DNA of 63,185 bases, the filler included, from Licmophora abbreviata (taxonomy: Eukaryota): the NCBI GenBank assembly GCA_900291995.1. It is 20 parts of 20 records of this genome, joined end to end, with 100 filler letters (N's around TTAATTAATTAA, not from the genome) between each part and the next. Parts side by side here need not be neighbours in the genome. Positions count along the whole stretch, not along the records: positions 39,084 to 41,671 come from OLMU01003791.1; positions 41,772 to 51,337 come from OLMU01003792.1; 18 more parts are not named here. One strand, written 5' to 3'. The translations under genes were made by a program, and so were the position numbers. Every line of letters begins with the position of its first letter. The stretch's first letter is position 1. Below, in pieces: positions 41,019-51,030 of the stretch. Under the pieces are notes generated by a model. The model made no database searches, was not told the origin of the DNA, and saw only the letters and a list, made by a program, of their open reading frames with translations.

Positions 41019-42382
41019 ATGACCAGCATCTCTCCTCCGCGGGGGGAATCGTTTACGCTGTCCAAGCTTATCAACGATACCCGTTACCGCTCTTATACGT
41101 TTCAATTCATTGCACTGGTTCTGCTGATCGCCTTGTTCGCCTATCTGGGCAGCAACCTGGCCCAGAACCTCCGTGATGCGGGCCTCAATATTTCCTACGG
41201 CTTCCTGTCCGAGCCTGCGGGCTACGACATCAACCAGCGCCTCATCGAATACGACAGCCAGTCCACCCATCTTCGGGCCTCCATCGTCGGGGTGCTCAAT
41301 ACGCTGCTGGTGGCCTTTCTGGGCTGTGTCCTCGCCACCGTCATCGGTGTGGTCGTCGGCGTGCTGCGCCTGTCCCAGAACTGGCTGATCCGCAAGCTGA
41401 TGTCGGTCTACGTTGAAATCTTCCGCAACGTGCCGGTGCTGATCTGGATCCTCATCATCATGGCGGTGTTCACCGCCGTCCTGCCCCAGCCGCGCGATTT
41501 CCGGGGCGATGACGCCGAAGCCTCGATGCTCTGGGATGCCTTCGCCTTCACCGGTCGCGGCTTCTATTTCCCCAAACCTGTGTTCGAGACCGGCTCCACC
41601 ATCGTCGTCCTGACATTTGTCGCCTCGATCATCGGCATCTTCGTCTACCGCTCCTATGCGCGCAAACAACTNNNNNNNNNNNNNNNNNNNNNNNNNNNNN
41701 NNNNNNNNNNNNNNNTTAATTAATTAANNNNNNNNNNNNNNNNNNNNNNNNNNNNNNNNNNNNNNNNNNNNCCTCGATCATCGGCATCTTCGTCTACCGC
41801 TCCTATGCGCGCAAACAACTGTTCCAGAAGGGCCGCCTGCTGCCGGTCTTCTGGCCGTCGGTGGGCCTGTTCTTCGTGCCCGCCGTGCTGATGTTCTTCA
41901 TCGCGGGCCGCCCCATTTCGATGGAATACCCCTCGCTTCAGGGCTTCAACTTTCAGGGTGGCATCTACGCGCGCAACTCGTTCATCTCGCTGTGGTTCGC
42001 CCTTTCGATCTACACTGCCGCCTTCATCGCGGAAAACGTCCGCGCCGGCATCCTTGCCGTCAGCAAGGGACAGACCGAAGCCGCCGCCAGCCTTGGCCTG
42101 CGCCCCAACCGGATCATGAACCTCGTGATCCTGCCTCAGGCGCTGCGGATCATCATTCCGCCGCTCATCTCGCAATACCTCAACCTGACCAAGAACAGCT
42201 CTCTGGCCATCGCCGTGGGCTACATGGACATCACCGGCACCCTCGGGGGCATCACCCTCAACCAGACGGGCCGTGCGATCGAAACCGTGCTTTTGCTGAT
42301 GCTCTTCTACCTCGCCATCAGCCTTGCCATCTCGGCGGTGATGAACGTCTACAACAACGCCGTGAAACTGAAGGAGCGCTGA
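41019..42382 (+). CDS. aapQ: Amino acid ABC permease AapQ/BztB (contig ends overlap across gap 41672-41771)
   Basis: EIFRNVP, GQTEAAASLG and YLNLTKNSSLA. Confidence 0.92.
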
Positions 42383-42383
42383 G

Positions 42384-43670
42384 ATGTCCAAATCCGATAT
42401 CGCCTTCGTCCGGCGCGAGATGCTGCCCGAAAAAGCCCCGCCCGTAACCGCGGCAGGCCCGATCAAATGGGTGCGTGACAACCTCTTTCCGGGGCCGATC
42501 AACACGGTCATGACCCTTCTGGCGATCTATTTCATCTATCAGATCGTCTCGGGCGCGATGCCGTGGTTCCTGAACGGTGTCTGGACCACCTCCAGCCTCG
42601 CGGAGTGCCGTGAGGTGCTTCAGGGCGCGACCGGAGGCTGTTTCTCGGTGCTGACGGAACGCTGGAACCAACTGCTCTTCGGCTTCCAATACCCGTCCGA
42701 ACAATACTGGCGGCCCACTCTGGCTTTTGTTCTGCTCTTCGTGGCCGTGGCGCCGGTGCTTTTTGTGGTCTTGCCGCGCAAACTGCTGATCTTCACCGGC
42801 CTTTACCCGTTCATCGCCTTCTGGCTGATCTGGGGCGGAACCCTGCTTGTGCCGCTGGTCGTCTTGATTGGCCTTGGCGCGGGCTATGTCGTGTTCCTGC
42901 GGTTCGAAACCAAGGGGTTCGCCACCGCCGCGCTGACAGGTCTGGTTGCGGTCGTTCTGGTCTGGTGGCTGGGTGGCTATGTGTCCACCGCCGCCTCCGA
43001 GACCCTTGCGCTCGAACCTGTGCAGTCGCGCAACATGGGCGGCTTCATGCTGAACATGATCCTCGGCACGGTCTGTGTCTCGCTCAGCTTGCCGTTCGGC
43101 ATCCTTCTGGCGCTTGGTCGGCAATCCGACATGCCGATCATCAAATGGATCTGCGTGATCTTCATCGAATTCATTCGCGGCGTGCCGCTGATCACGCTCT
43201 TGTTCGTGGCCAATGTGGTGCTGGCCTATTTCCTGCCGCCGGGCAGCAATTTCGACCTGATCCTGCGCGTCATCATCATGATCACCATGTTCGCCTCGGC
43301 CTATATCGCCGAGGTGATCCGGGGCGGTCTCGCCGCCCTGCCGCGTGGTCAGTACGAAGCCGCCGACAGCCTCGGTCTGGATTACGCGCAGTCCATGCGC
43401 CTCATCATCCTGCCGCAGGCGCTTAAGATCTCGATCCCCGGTATCGTCAACGTCTCGGTGGGGCTGTTCAAGGACACCACACTGGTGTCGGTGATCTCGA
43501 TGTTCGACCTTGTCGGCATGATCCGGGGTCCGATCCTGGCCGCGACCGAATGGAACGGCGTCTACTGGGAGCTGTGGGGCTTCGCTGTCGTGCTGTTCTT
43601 CGTCGTTTGCTACGGCATCTCGCAATATTCGCAATGGCTGGAGCGTCAGCTGCAGCGCGACCATCGTTAA
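42384..43670 (+). CDS. aapM: Amino acid ABC permease AapM/BztC
   Basis: IEFIRGVPLI, GQYEAADSLG and LFKDTTLV. Confidence 0.92.
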   Translation: MSKSDIAFVRREMLPEKAPPVTAAGPIKWVRDNLFPGPINTVMTLLAIYFIYQIVSGAMPWFLNGVWTTSSLAECREVLQGATGGCFSVLTERWNQLLFGFQYPSEQYWRPTLAFVLLFVAVAPVLFVVLPRKLLIFTGLYPFIAFWLIWGGTLLVPLVVLIGLGAGYVVFLRFETKGFATAALTGLVAVVLVWWLGGYVSTAASETLALEPVQSRNMGGFMLNMILGTVCVSLSLPFGILLALGRQSDMPIIKWICVIFIEFIRGVPLITLLFVANVVLAYFLPPGSNFDLILRVIIMITMFASAYIAEVIRGGLAALPRGQYEAADSLGLDYAQSMRLIILPQALKISIPGIVNVSVGLFKDTTLVSVISMFDLVGMIRGPILAATEWNGVYWELWGFAVVLFFVVCYGISQYSQWLERQLQRDHR

Positions 43671-43685
43671 GGAAAGGTCAGTGTC

Positions 43686-44456
43686 ATGACGGAACAACCG
43701 GCAGCTTTGCAAATCTCCGACGAGATCGCCATCTCGATTGAGAACATGAACAAGTGGTTTGGCGCCTTCCATGTGCTGCGCGACATCGACCTGACTGTGT
43801 ATCGCGGCGAGCGTATCGTGATCGCTGGTCCCTCGGGGTCGGGCAAGTCCACGCTGATCCGCTGCATCAACGCTCTGGAAGAACACCAGCAAGGCAAGAT
43901 CACCGTGGATGGCACCCTGCTGTCCAGCGATCTCAAGAACATCGACCGCATTCGCTCCGAAGTCGGGATGGTGTTTCAGCACTTCAACCTCTTCCCGCAT
44001 CTCACCATCCTCGAGAATTGTACCCTGGCGCCGATCTGGGTGCGCAAGATCCCCAAGCGCGAGGCCGAAGACATCGCGATGCATTTCCTCGAAAAGGTGA
44101 AGATCCCCGAACAGGCCGACAAATACCCCGGTCAGCTTTCGGGCGGTCAGCAGCAGCGCGTCGCCATCGCCCGCTCGCTCTGCATGCGTCCGCGGATCAT
44201 GCTCTTTGACGAACCGACATCGGCGCTCGACCCCGAGATGATCAAAGAGGTGCTCGACACGATGGTCGCCCTTGCCGAAGAAGGCATGACCATGCTCTGC
44301 GTCACCCACGAGATGGGTTTTGCCCGTCAGGTCGCCAACCGGGTGATCTTCATGGATCAGGGTCAGATCGTCGAACAGAACGAACCCGAAGAATTTTTCA
44401 ACAACCCGCAATCGGACCGGACCAAGCTGTTTCTCAGCCAGATCCTGGGTCACTGA
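43686..44456 (+). CDS. aapP: Amino acid ABC ATP-binding protein AapP/BztD
   Basis: [17 protein letters not shown] and [11 protein letters not shown]. Confidence 0.94.
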   Translation: MTEQPAALQISDEIAISIENMNKWFGAFHVLRDIDLTVYRGERIVIAGPSGSGKSTLIRCINALEEHQQGKITVDGTLLSSDLKNIDRIRSEVGMVFQHFNLFPHLTILENCTLAPIWVRKIPKREAEDIAMHFLEKVKIPEQADKYPGQLSGGQQQRVAIARSLCMRPRIMLFDEPTSALDPEMIKEVLDTMVALAEEGMTMLCVTHEMGFARQVANRVIFMDQGQIVEQNEPEEFFNNPQSDRTKLFLSQILGH

Positions 44457-44478
44457 ATCGCCGGGTTTCGAGATCTTG

Positions 44479-44505
44479 CGCGGTCCCTTCGGGGGCTGCG
44501 TTTTT
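44479..44505 (+). terminator. Intrinsic terminator of the aap operon
   Basis: CGCGGTCCC-TTCG-GGGGCTGCG stem with a UUCG loop, then TTTTT. Confidence 0.75.
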
Positions 44506-44521
44506 CGTCCCGGATGGCCAT

Positions 44522-44605
44522 TTGTGTACAGGATGGACACAAATTCCCCGGTTCATCCCGAGTTTCGTCCTGAACGCGTGTAGGTTTCGTACGAATTGTA
44601 CGCTA
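44522..44605 (+). repeat. 84-bp dispersed intergenic repeat, copy 2
   Basis: Ungapped alignment with copies 1 and 3; shares a 32-bp identical block with copy 3. Confidence 0.9.
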
Positions 44606-44606
44606 A

Positions 44607-45101
44607 TCATTCCCCGGTCAGTTCGCGCGGAACGACAAAGGCAAGGGTCCGGCCCGTTCCCATTTCCAGCAGGCTCCAATCGTCGATATCGAACACCGCC
44701 ACAAGCGTGGCGCCGGTCGGATAATCGTCAAATCTTGGGTGATCTGGCGCTGTTTCCACTACATCTTGTGCAAATTCCGCAATTCCGGGGTTATGCCCCA
44801 GCATCAGAACTGTGTGCCCCGTGGCCTTCATCAAGGCGCGCATCATATCCTCGGGAGCGGCATGATAAAGCCGGTCCAACCACTGCACATCCCCCATCAA
44901 CCCTAAGTTTGCAAACGTCTCTCGCGTCCGGGTGGAGCTTGAGCTAAGTATCTGATCTGGACAGAAATTACGCTCTTTCAGCCACTCCCCAAGCGCCTCT
45001 GCAGAGCGTATTCCCCGCGCGTTCAAGGGCCTCTCGTGATCGCTCATGCCCGGGTGATCCCAGCTTGATTTCGCGTGCCGCATCAGGATCAACCGTTTCA
45101 T
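44607..45101 (-). CDS. SixA-family histidine phosphatase
   Basis: LMRHAKS, RPLNARG, RTRET and GHNPG. Confidence 0.9.
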   Translation of the reverse strand: MKRLILMRHAKSSWDHPGMSDHERPLNARGIRSAEALGEWLKERNFCPDQILSSSSTRTRETFANLGLMGDVQWLDRLYHAAPEDMMRALMKATGHTVLMLGHNPGIAEFAQDVVETAPDHPRFDDYPTGATLVAVFDIDDWSLLEMGTGRTLAFVVPRELTGE

Positions 45102-45730
45102 TTGAACGCCCTCATGTGAAATGCCGATTGGTCTTCAAGACGACCATATCCAACGCTGACAGGGCATACCCGGCGCACCGCGCAACCCTTTGACATACAA
45201 TCATTTTCCTTGCGGTCGAGATCGGTTTTACAGGCCGCTACGTCATATCCGGCGGGACTCAGGGCATCCACCGGGCAGGCCGTCAGACAGGGCCGTTTTT
45301 CGCAGCTATCACAAGGGTTTGGCGGTATTTCGGGAAGGTCCATCCGGGTCGCAAAGCCCAACGCCCCGCGAAACGACACCATCAACCCCGCCGTGTCATG
45401 AACCAACAATCCCACAGGCGACACATGCGCCCGCCCGCTGTCCAGCGCCCATTGCAGAAACGGCTCCCAGGGCGGGCCACCAAACGGGAAAAAAGGCCTT
45501 GCATTCAGCGTATTGGCCAGATCGCCAATCACCCGCGATGACCATCTGTCCAATGGGTCTGCCTGCCCATCGCGATATTCCTCGGATGCCGTGAACACCT
45601 CCCAGAACCCCGGTTCCCTCGGTCCCAGCAACAACAGGGTGCCGATCCCCTCCGGAACCGCTTCGGTCACGCCTCCAAGGATGCTCAAATGCTGCTTTTC
45701 GACTTCCTTTTCAATGTCTTGCAGCATCAC
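45098..45730 (-). CDS. Conserved ferredoxin-like 4Fe-4S protein
   Basis: CxxC...CxxxCP and C...C...GC.....CP clusters; DPLDRWS. Confidence 0.8.
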   Translation of the reverse strand: MMLQDIEKEVEKQHLSILGGVTEAVPEGIGTLLLLGPREPGFWEVFTASEEYRDGQADPLDRWSSRVIGDLANTLNARPFFPFGGPPWEPFLQWALDSGRAHVSPVGLLVHDTAGLMVSFRGALGFATRMDLPEIPPNPCDSCEKRPCLTACPVDALSPAGYDVAACKTDLDRKENDCMSKGCAVRRVCPVSVGYGRLEDQSAFHMRAFK

Positions 45731-45739
45731 GGCTTGCCC

Positions 45740-46606
45740 CTAGCACGCTCGGATCAGCGACCCTGCACCATGTTCGGTGTACAGCTCCAGCAACACCGCA
45801 TTCGGCGCCCGCCCGTCCAGAATGACCACCGCGCGCACCCCACCATCGATCGCCGCCAGCGCCGTCTCGGTTTTGGGAATCATCCCGCCCGCAATCACGC
45901 CCTCGCGGGTCATCTCGCGGATCTGATCTGCGGTGAGTTCGGTCACAACCTCGCCCGTCGAATCGCGCACACCGTCGATATCGGTCAATAAAAGAAGGCG
46001 ATCGGCCTTCAATGCCGCCGCAATCGCACCGGCCGCGGTATCGCCATTTATGTTGTAGGTCTCGCCATTCCTTCCCGCCCCAAGCGGCGCGATCACCGGG
46101 ATCGCGTCGTCCCGGAACAGCGTGTGAAGGATCGACGGATTGATCTCCGTCGGGTTGCCGACCAGCCCCAAAGCCGGATCGGCGGGATCGCATGTGATCA
46201 GCCCGGCATCCTTGCCCGACAGGCCAACGGCCTTGCCACCCTGACCGTTGATCGCTTGAACGATCCGCTTGTTCACGCGGCCCGACAGCACCATTTCGAC
46301 GACTTCCATTGTCGCCTCATCGGTCACGCGCTTGCCGTTCACGAAGTCGGATTTTATATCAAGCTTTTCAAGCATTTGGTTGATCATCGGCCCGCCGCCA
46401 TGGACGATCACGGGGTTGACGCCCACCTGTTGCATGAGCACCACATCGCGGGCGAAAGTCTCCATTGCCTCATCGCTGCCCATGGCGTGGCCACCCAGCT
46501 TGATCACAACGATAGAGCCATCATAGCGCTGAAGATAAGGCAGTGCCTCAGAGAGGGTGCGGGCCGTGGCGATCCAGTCGCGGTTCATTTCACGTTGCTT
46601 CATCAT
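45740..46606 (-). CDS. argB: Acetylglutamate kinase
   Basis: VIKLGG, VHGGGP, NINGD and GGMIPK. Confidence 0.96.
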   Translation of the reverse strand: MMKQREMNRDWIATARTLSEALPYLQRYDGSIVVIKLGGHAMGSDEAMETFARDVVLMQQVGVNPVIVHGGGPMINQMLEKLDIKSDFVNGKRVTDEATMEVVEMVLSGRVNKRIVQAINGQGGKAVGLSGKDAGLITCDPADPALGLVGNPTEINPSILHTLFRDDAIPVIAPLGAGRNGETYNINGDTAAGAIAAALKADRLLLLTDIDGVRDSTGEVVTELTADQIREMTREGVIAGGMIPKTETALAAIDGGVRAVVILDGRAPNAVLLELYTEHGAGSLIRAC

Positions 46607-46673
46607 TTGTGATCCTCAGGTCCTGCGGGTTATCCCCGGAGGTGGGCGGCCATTCAAGGTATTTTGCGCAAGC

Positions 46674-47324
46674 CTATTCGAGCGTGGCAATCACAGCGCG
46701 CAGCGTGGCGATGCCGTCGCCCTTTTCGGACGAGGTCATGATGATCTCGGGATAGGCCGCCGGATGCTTGGCCAACTTGGCGCGCACCTGTTCCAGAACG
46801 GCCTCGCGATCCTTGTCTTTGACCTTGTCCGCCTTGGTCAGCACACATTGAAAGGTCACGGCGGAACTATCCAGAAGGCTCATGATCTCTTCGTCCACGG
46901 ACTTGATCCCGTGGCGCGTGTCGACCAGCACAAAGGCCCGCCTCAGGCTTTGTCGCCCGGAGAGGTATTTCTTCAAGAGCGCCTGCCACGCCGCCACCTT
47001 GTCGAGCGGCGCATTGGCATAGCCATAGCCCGGAAGATCGACCAGATAGTGCGACTCGCCAACCGCGAAGAAGTTGATTTCTTGTGTCCGACCGGGCGTG
47101 TTGGACGCCCGCGCTATCGCTTTGCGACCTGTCAGAGCATTGATAAGGCTGGACTTTCCTACGTTCGAGCGCCCGGCAAAGCACACCTCGATCCGGTCGG
47201 CGGGGGGCAAGCCCGACATTGCCACGACACCCTTGAGAAAGTCGACAGGCCCGGCAAACAGCAACCGTCCTCGTTCGGCAGCAAACGGATCCGGATCATC
47301 CATCAGGGGAAAGGGCAGTTTCAT
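46674..47324 (-). CDS. engB: Ribosome biogenesis GTPase YihA/YsxC
   Basis: GRSNVGKSS, PGRT, DLPGYG and TKAD. Confidence 0.95.
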   Translation of the reverse strand: MKLPFPLMDDPDPFAAERGRLLFAGPVDFLKGVVAMSGLPPADRIEVCFAGRSNVGKSSLINALTGRKAIARASNTPGRTQEINFFAVGESHYLVDLPGYGYANAPLDKVAAWQALLKKYLSGRQSLRRAFVLVDTRHGIKSVDEEIMSLLDSSAVTFQCVLTKADKVKDKDREAVLEQVRAKLAKHPAAYPEIIMTSSEKGDGIATLRAVIATLE

Positions 47325-48070
47325 TGCAGCACGTCCACTTGGTCACCAATCGCGATCCCGCCGCTTTTGGTCACTTCGGAATAGATCCCGAAATCCTGAT
47401 GTCCGAAGCGGGAATTCAAGATGCCCAACGTGTCGGCATCGCGACTCCCCGTGCCGGGATTTGCGGTGGTCGCAAGACAGCGCACAATGCGTTCGCGCAC
47501 CAGGAGTTCCGCATCACCCACGCGAAGGGTATGGCCAATCCAATCAAATTCTTCCCATGCTCGGACACCTGAGAAATGGATGTTGCACCGCCAGCGCAGC
47601 GCCGAGATATCCTGATCCATCGCGTCGCTCATGGCGGCGTTAGACGCAAGGTTCAAAAGGCTGACCGAGGGATAATCGGTGTCGGTCATGCCGCGCCCCT
47701 CAACCCTGACGAGGCGGGTGGATTGCGCGCGATTGTCGGGCATCAAGGGGCGCACCCAGTCCAGAAACCTCTGCTGATCCTTGTCAGGATCAAAGGTCAG
47801 CTCCGGCCTCTCCGGATGGCTGAGCGTCACGGTTCCTGCGGCCTCGTCGCATCTTGCGTTGATGCCCATCAGGGCCGCCACTTTGGAGCCGCGCGAGAAG
47901 TTGGTGCAGGGCGCCCAAGCGGTATCATCCGCCTCGGCCAGTTCATGCGCAACGGCCCAACGGCGGTCCCAGGGAATGGTTTGACCGACGGTCAGGGCGA
48001 CGCGATCAATCGCTTCGCGCCCATGCCCCTTGATCGGGTGTCGCCAGAGGGCCGCCACATGCCCTGTCAT
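47321..48070 (-). CDS. MOSC-domain protein
   Basis: RHPIKG, DRRWA, RWRCNI and RCLATTANP. Confidence 0.88.
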   Translation of the reverse strand: MTGHVAALWRHPIKGHGREAIDRVALTVGQTIPWDRRWAVAHELAEADDTAWAPCTNFSRGSKVAALMGINARCDEAAGTVTLSHPERPELTFDPDKDQQRFLDWVRPLMPDNRAQSTRLVRVEGRGMTDTDYPSVSLLNLASNAAMSDAMDQDISALRWRCNIHFSGVRAWEEFDWIGHTLRVGDAELLVRERIVRCLATTANPGTGSRDADTLGILNSRFGHQDFGIYSEVTKSGGIAIGDQVDVLQ

Positions 48071-49881
48071 TTCTTCTCGGCTTTTGCTTTGCGCTTCATG
48101 CTGGACAGGATGTTGCCCAGAACATCTGGTTTGTAGCCCTGGCTGCGCATGATCAGGTATTGCTGGGCGAAGGTGATCATGTTGTTCGCGATCCAGTAGA
48201 CCACAAGACCGCTGGCGAAGCTGCCCAGCATGAACATGAAGACCCAAGGCATCCAGGCGAAGATCATCTGCTGTGTCGGATCGGTGGGCGCCGGATTCAG
48301 CTTTTGCTGCAGCCACATCGAAATGCCCAGAAGCAGCGGCAGAATACCGATGAATATCAGCGCCATGATCGAGCCCGGCTCGGGCGCGGCCCATGGCAGG
48401 ATGCCCCAGAGGTTATAGAGCGACGAGGGGTCAGGTGCCGACAGATCGTCGATCCAGCCGATCCACGGGGCATGCCGCAGTTCCAGCGTGACGAAGATCA
48501 CCTTGTAGAGCGAGAAGAAGATCGGGATCTGCAAGAGGATCGGCAAACAGCCCGAAGCCGGGTTCACCTTTTCCTTCTTGTAAAGCTCCATCATCTCCTT
48601 CTGAAGCTTCTGACGGTCGTCGCCGGCGGATTCCTTGATCTTCTCCATCTGCGGCTGAAGTTCCTTCATCTTCGCCATCGAGACGTAGGACTTGTAGGCC
48701 AAGGGCAGAAGCAGTGCCTTGATGAGCAGGGTCAAACCGATAATCGCCCACCCCATGGATCCGGCGATGCCCATACCCGCCAGCGTAACGTTCAGCCAGT
48801 GCAGAACGGCGAAAATCGGTTTTGTCAGGAAGAAGAACCAGCCCCAGTCAATGGAATCCAGAAAGCGATCGATGCTATCCTCGTTCTGGTAATTGCGGAT
48901 GGTTTCCCATTCCTTGGCCCCGGCAAAGAGCCGCGTCGTCACAGTTGCGCTTTGGCCCGGTGCCACTGTCTCGGTGTTCTTGCGGACAGTGGTCTGATAG
49001 ATCTCGCGGCGCGTGTCCTGAAAGGTCGTGACCTGCGCGCCAGCCGTACTCGGGATCAGCGTGGTCATCCAGTAGTGATCGGTGAACCCGGTCCAGCCGC
49101 TTTCGTTCACGGTGAGCGTTTCGTGGTTCGAGGCCGGTTCGAAATCGTCGTAGTCGATCTCGGACAACTGGCCATCAACCATGCGGATGCCGCCTTCGTG
49201 GAGGATGAAGAAGTTCTTGAGGTCTACCGGCTCGCCATGCCGCGCCAGAATGCCGTAAGGCGCCAGCGACGGGGTGTCGGCGCCGGTGTTTTCGACGCTT
49301 TGGGTGACGGTGAACATGAACTTGTCATCGACGCTGATTTCGCGGCGGAATGTCAGGCCCTGCTGGTTGTCCCAGACCAGTGTGACAGGCGTTTCCGGCG
49401 ACAGCTGATCGCCGGATTCCACTTGCCAGACAGTGTTGGCGCCCGGCACGGTCTCGGCCGTCAGGCCCTGACCCGGGGCCCAGCCGAACAAGGCGTAATA
49501 TGCACTATCGGTGCCGACCGGCGACAAGAGCGTGACGGTGTCTGATCCCGGCTCGAGCGTCTCGCGGTAGTTTTTCAACGACAGCTGATCGATACGACCG
49601 CCTTTGAGCGAGATCGACCCGTCAAGGCTGGGTGTGGAGATCGTCACGCGAGGGGCCTCGGGTTCTTCGGCCTCGGGTGCGGGCGTGCCTGCGGTGGCGC
49701 CTGTCGCGGGTGCTGTGGCGGTCAGGGGCGCGGTGGCGCTGCTATCGACTTGCGAGATCGCTTCGGGCGCCGTGGCGTCCTGCTGGGGCGGTTCGGGCGG
49801 TGGGAAAAGCACGAACCACACCAGAATGACGACAAAGCTCAGTGCGGTCGCAAGAATGAGGTTCTTGTTCTGATCGTCCAT
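48067..49881 (-). CDS. yidC: Membrane protein insertase YidC
   Basis: IDWGWFFF, SMAKMKELQP, GCLPILLQIP and YWIANN. Confidence 0.96.
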   Translation of the reverse strand: MDDQNKNLILATALSFVVILVWFVLFPPPEPPQQDATAPEAISQVDSSATAPLTATAPATGATAGTPAPEAEEPEAPRVTISTPSLDGSISLKGGRIDQLSLKNYRETLEPGSDTVTLLSPVGTDSAYYALFGWAPGQGLTAETVPGANTVWQVESGDQLSPETPVTLVWDNQQGLTFRREISVDDKFMFTVTQSVENTGADTPSLAPYGILARHGEPVDLKNFFILHEGGIRMVDGQLSEIDYDDFEPASNHETLTVNESGWTGFTDHYWMTTLIPSTAGAQVTTFQDTRREIYQTTVRKNTETVAPGQSATVTTRLFAGAKEWETIRNYQNEDSIDRFLDSIDWGWFFFLTKPIFAVLHWLNVTLAGMGIAGSMGWAIIGLTLLIKALLLPLAYKSYVSMAKMKELQPQMEKIKESAGDDRQKLQKEMMELYKKEKVNPASGCLPILLQIPIFFSLYKVIFVTLELRHAPWIGWIDDLSAPDPSSLYNLWGILPWAAPEPGSIMALIFIGILPLLLGISMWLQQKLNPAPTDPTQQMIFAWMPWVFMFMLGSFASGLVVYWIANNMITFAQQYLIMRSQGYKPDVLGNILSSMKRKAKAEKK

Positions 49882-50001
49882 CGCAGGGGGCCACCCATCC
49901 TGTTTTCAGTCATGGCGGTTCAACAGAGTGCGGGGCCAAACGTCAAGGGGATTCAGGGAAAACCGGCTGCGTTGTCTGCGCGCAGAGGGGAGCGTGGGCG
50001 C

Positions 50002-50871
50002 TCAGCGGAGGCGCGGAAGGGCGTCGGGATTGCCGTCTTCGGGAGGGGTGCCACGGGTCAGCCCGGCGAAGTCGAACAGCCCGGGGTCCAGAAGATGCGA
50101 GGGCCGCGCGTTCATCAGCGCGCGGAACATCACCTGTCTGCGACCGGGTGAATTGGCCTCCCAACCATCCAGAATCCGCTTGACCTGCTGGCGTTGGAGC
50201 CCGTCCTGAGAGCCGCAGAGATCACAGGGAATGATTGGGTAACCCATTGATTTAGAAAACTTTTCGCAATCAATCTCAGCCACGAAAGACAGTGGGCGAT
50301 AGACAAAAACATCGCCTTCCTCGTTCAAGAGCTTGGGGGGCATGGTGGCGAGGCGCCCGCCGTGGAAGAGGTTCATGAAAAAGGTTTCGAGGATGTCGTC
50401 GCGGTGGTGGCCCAGAACGACCGCCGAGCAGCCTTCTTCGCGGGCGATGCGATAGAGGTGGCCGCGCCGGAGGCGGGAGCACAGGGCGCAATAGGTTCGG
50501 CCCTGCGGCACCTTGTCGACCACCACGGAATAGGTGTCCTGATACTCGATCCGATGGGGCACGCCCATCTTTTCGAGGAACTCGGGCAGCACCGTGGCGG
50601 GGAAGCCGGGTTGGCCCTGATCGAGGTTGCAGGCCAATAAATCAACGGGCAAAAGGCCGCGCCACTTCAATTCGTGTAGCACCGCAAGGAGCGTGTAGCT
50701 GTCTTTGCCGCCGGACAGACAGACCAGCCAGCGGGCGCCTTTTTCGATCATGCCGAACTGCTCGATCGCTTCACGGGTCTGGCGGACGATGCGCTTGCGC
50801 AGCTTTTTGAACTCGGTGCCCGAGGGTGCACCGGCAAAGAGCGGGTGGATGTCTTTTGCGTCGTCCAACAT
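50002..50871 (-). CDS. ttcA: tRNA 2-thiocytidine(32) synthetase
   Basis: PP-loop [22 protein letters not shown] and PCDLCGSQ. Confidence 0.95.
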   Translation of the reverse strand: MLDDAKDIHPLFAGAPSGTEFKKLRKRIVRQTREAIEQFGMIEKGARWLVCLSGGKDSYTLLAVLHELKWRGLLPVDLLACNLDQGQPGFPATVLPEFLEKMGVPHRIEYQDTYSVVVDKVPQGRTYCALCSRLRRGHLYRIAREEGCSAVVLGHHRDDILETFFMNLFHGGRLATMPPKLLNEEGDVFVYRPLSFVAEIDCEKFSKSMGYPIIPCDLCGSQDGLQRQQVKRILDGWEANSPGRRQVMFRALMNARPSHLLDPGLFDFAGLTRGTPPEDGNPDALPRLR

Positions 50872-50914
50872 GCTGCCGCTTTAGGCAATTCGGGGCCATC
50901 CGGCAAGGCCCGCG

Positions 50915-50998
50915 TTGTGTACGAATTGTACGAAACCTACACGCGTTCAGGACGAAACTTGGCCTGCTTCCCGCGATTTGTGTCCCTTCCGTACACAA
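50915..50998 (-). repeat. 84-bp dispersed intergenic repeat, copy 3 (inverted)
   Basis: Perfect 9-bp terminal inverted repeat TTGTGTACG...CGTACACAA. Reverse complement aligns to copies 1 and 2. Confidence 0.9.
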
Positions 50999-51030
50999 AT
51001 GACCCCGGACAGGCCGTGCCCGGGGCCGGA

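Noticed and set aside
46607..46673. DnaA-box-like TGATCCTCA and TTATCCCCG between argB and engB
   Set aside because: The first is the reverse complement of the argB RBS and the second has two mismatches. The region is too short and lacks an unwinding element, so oriC is not supported.
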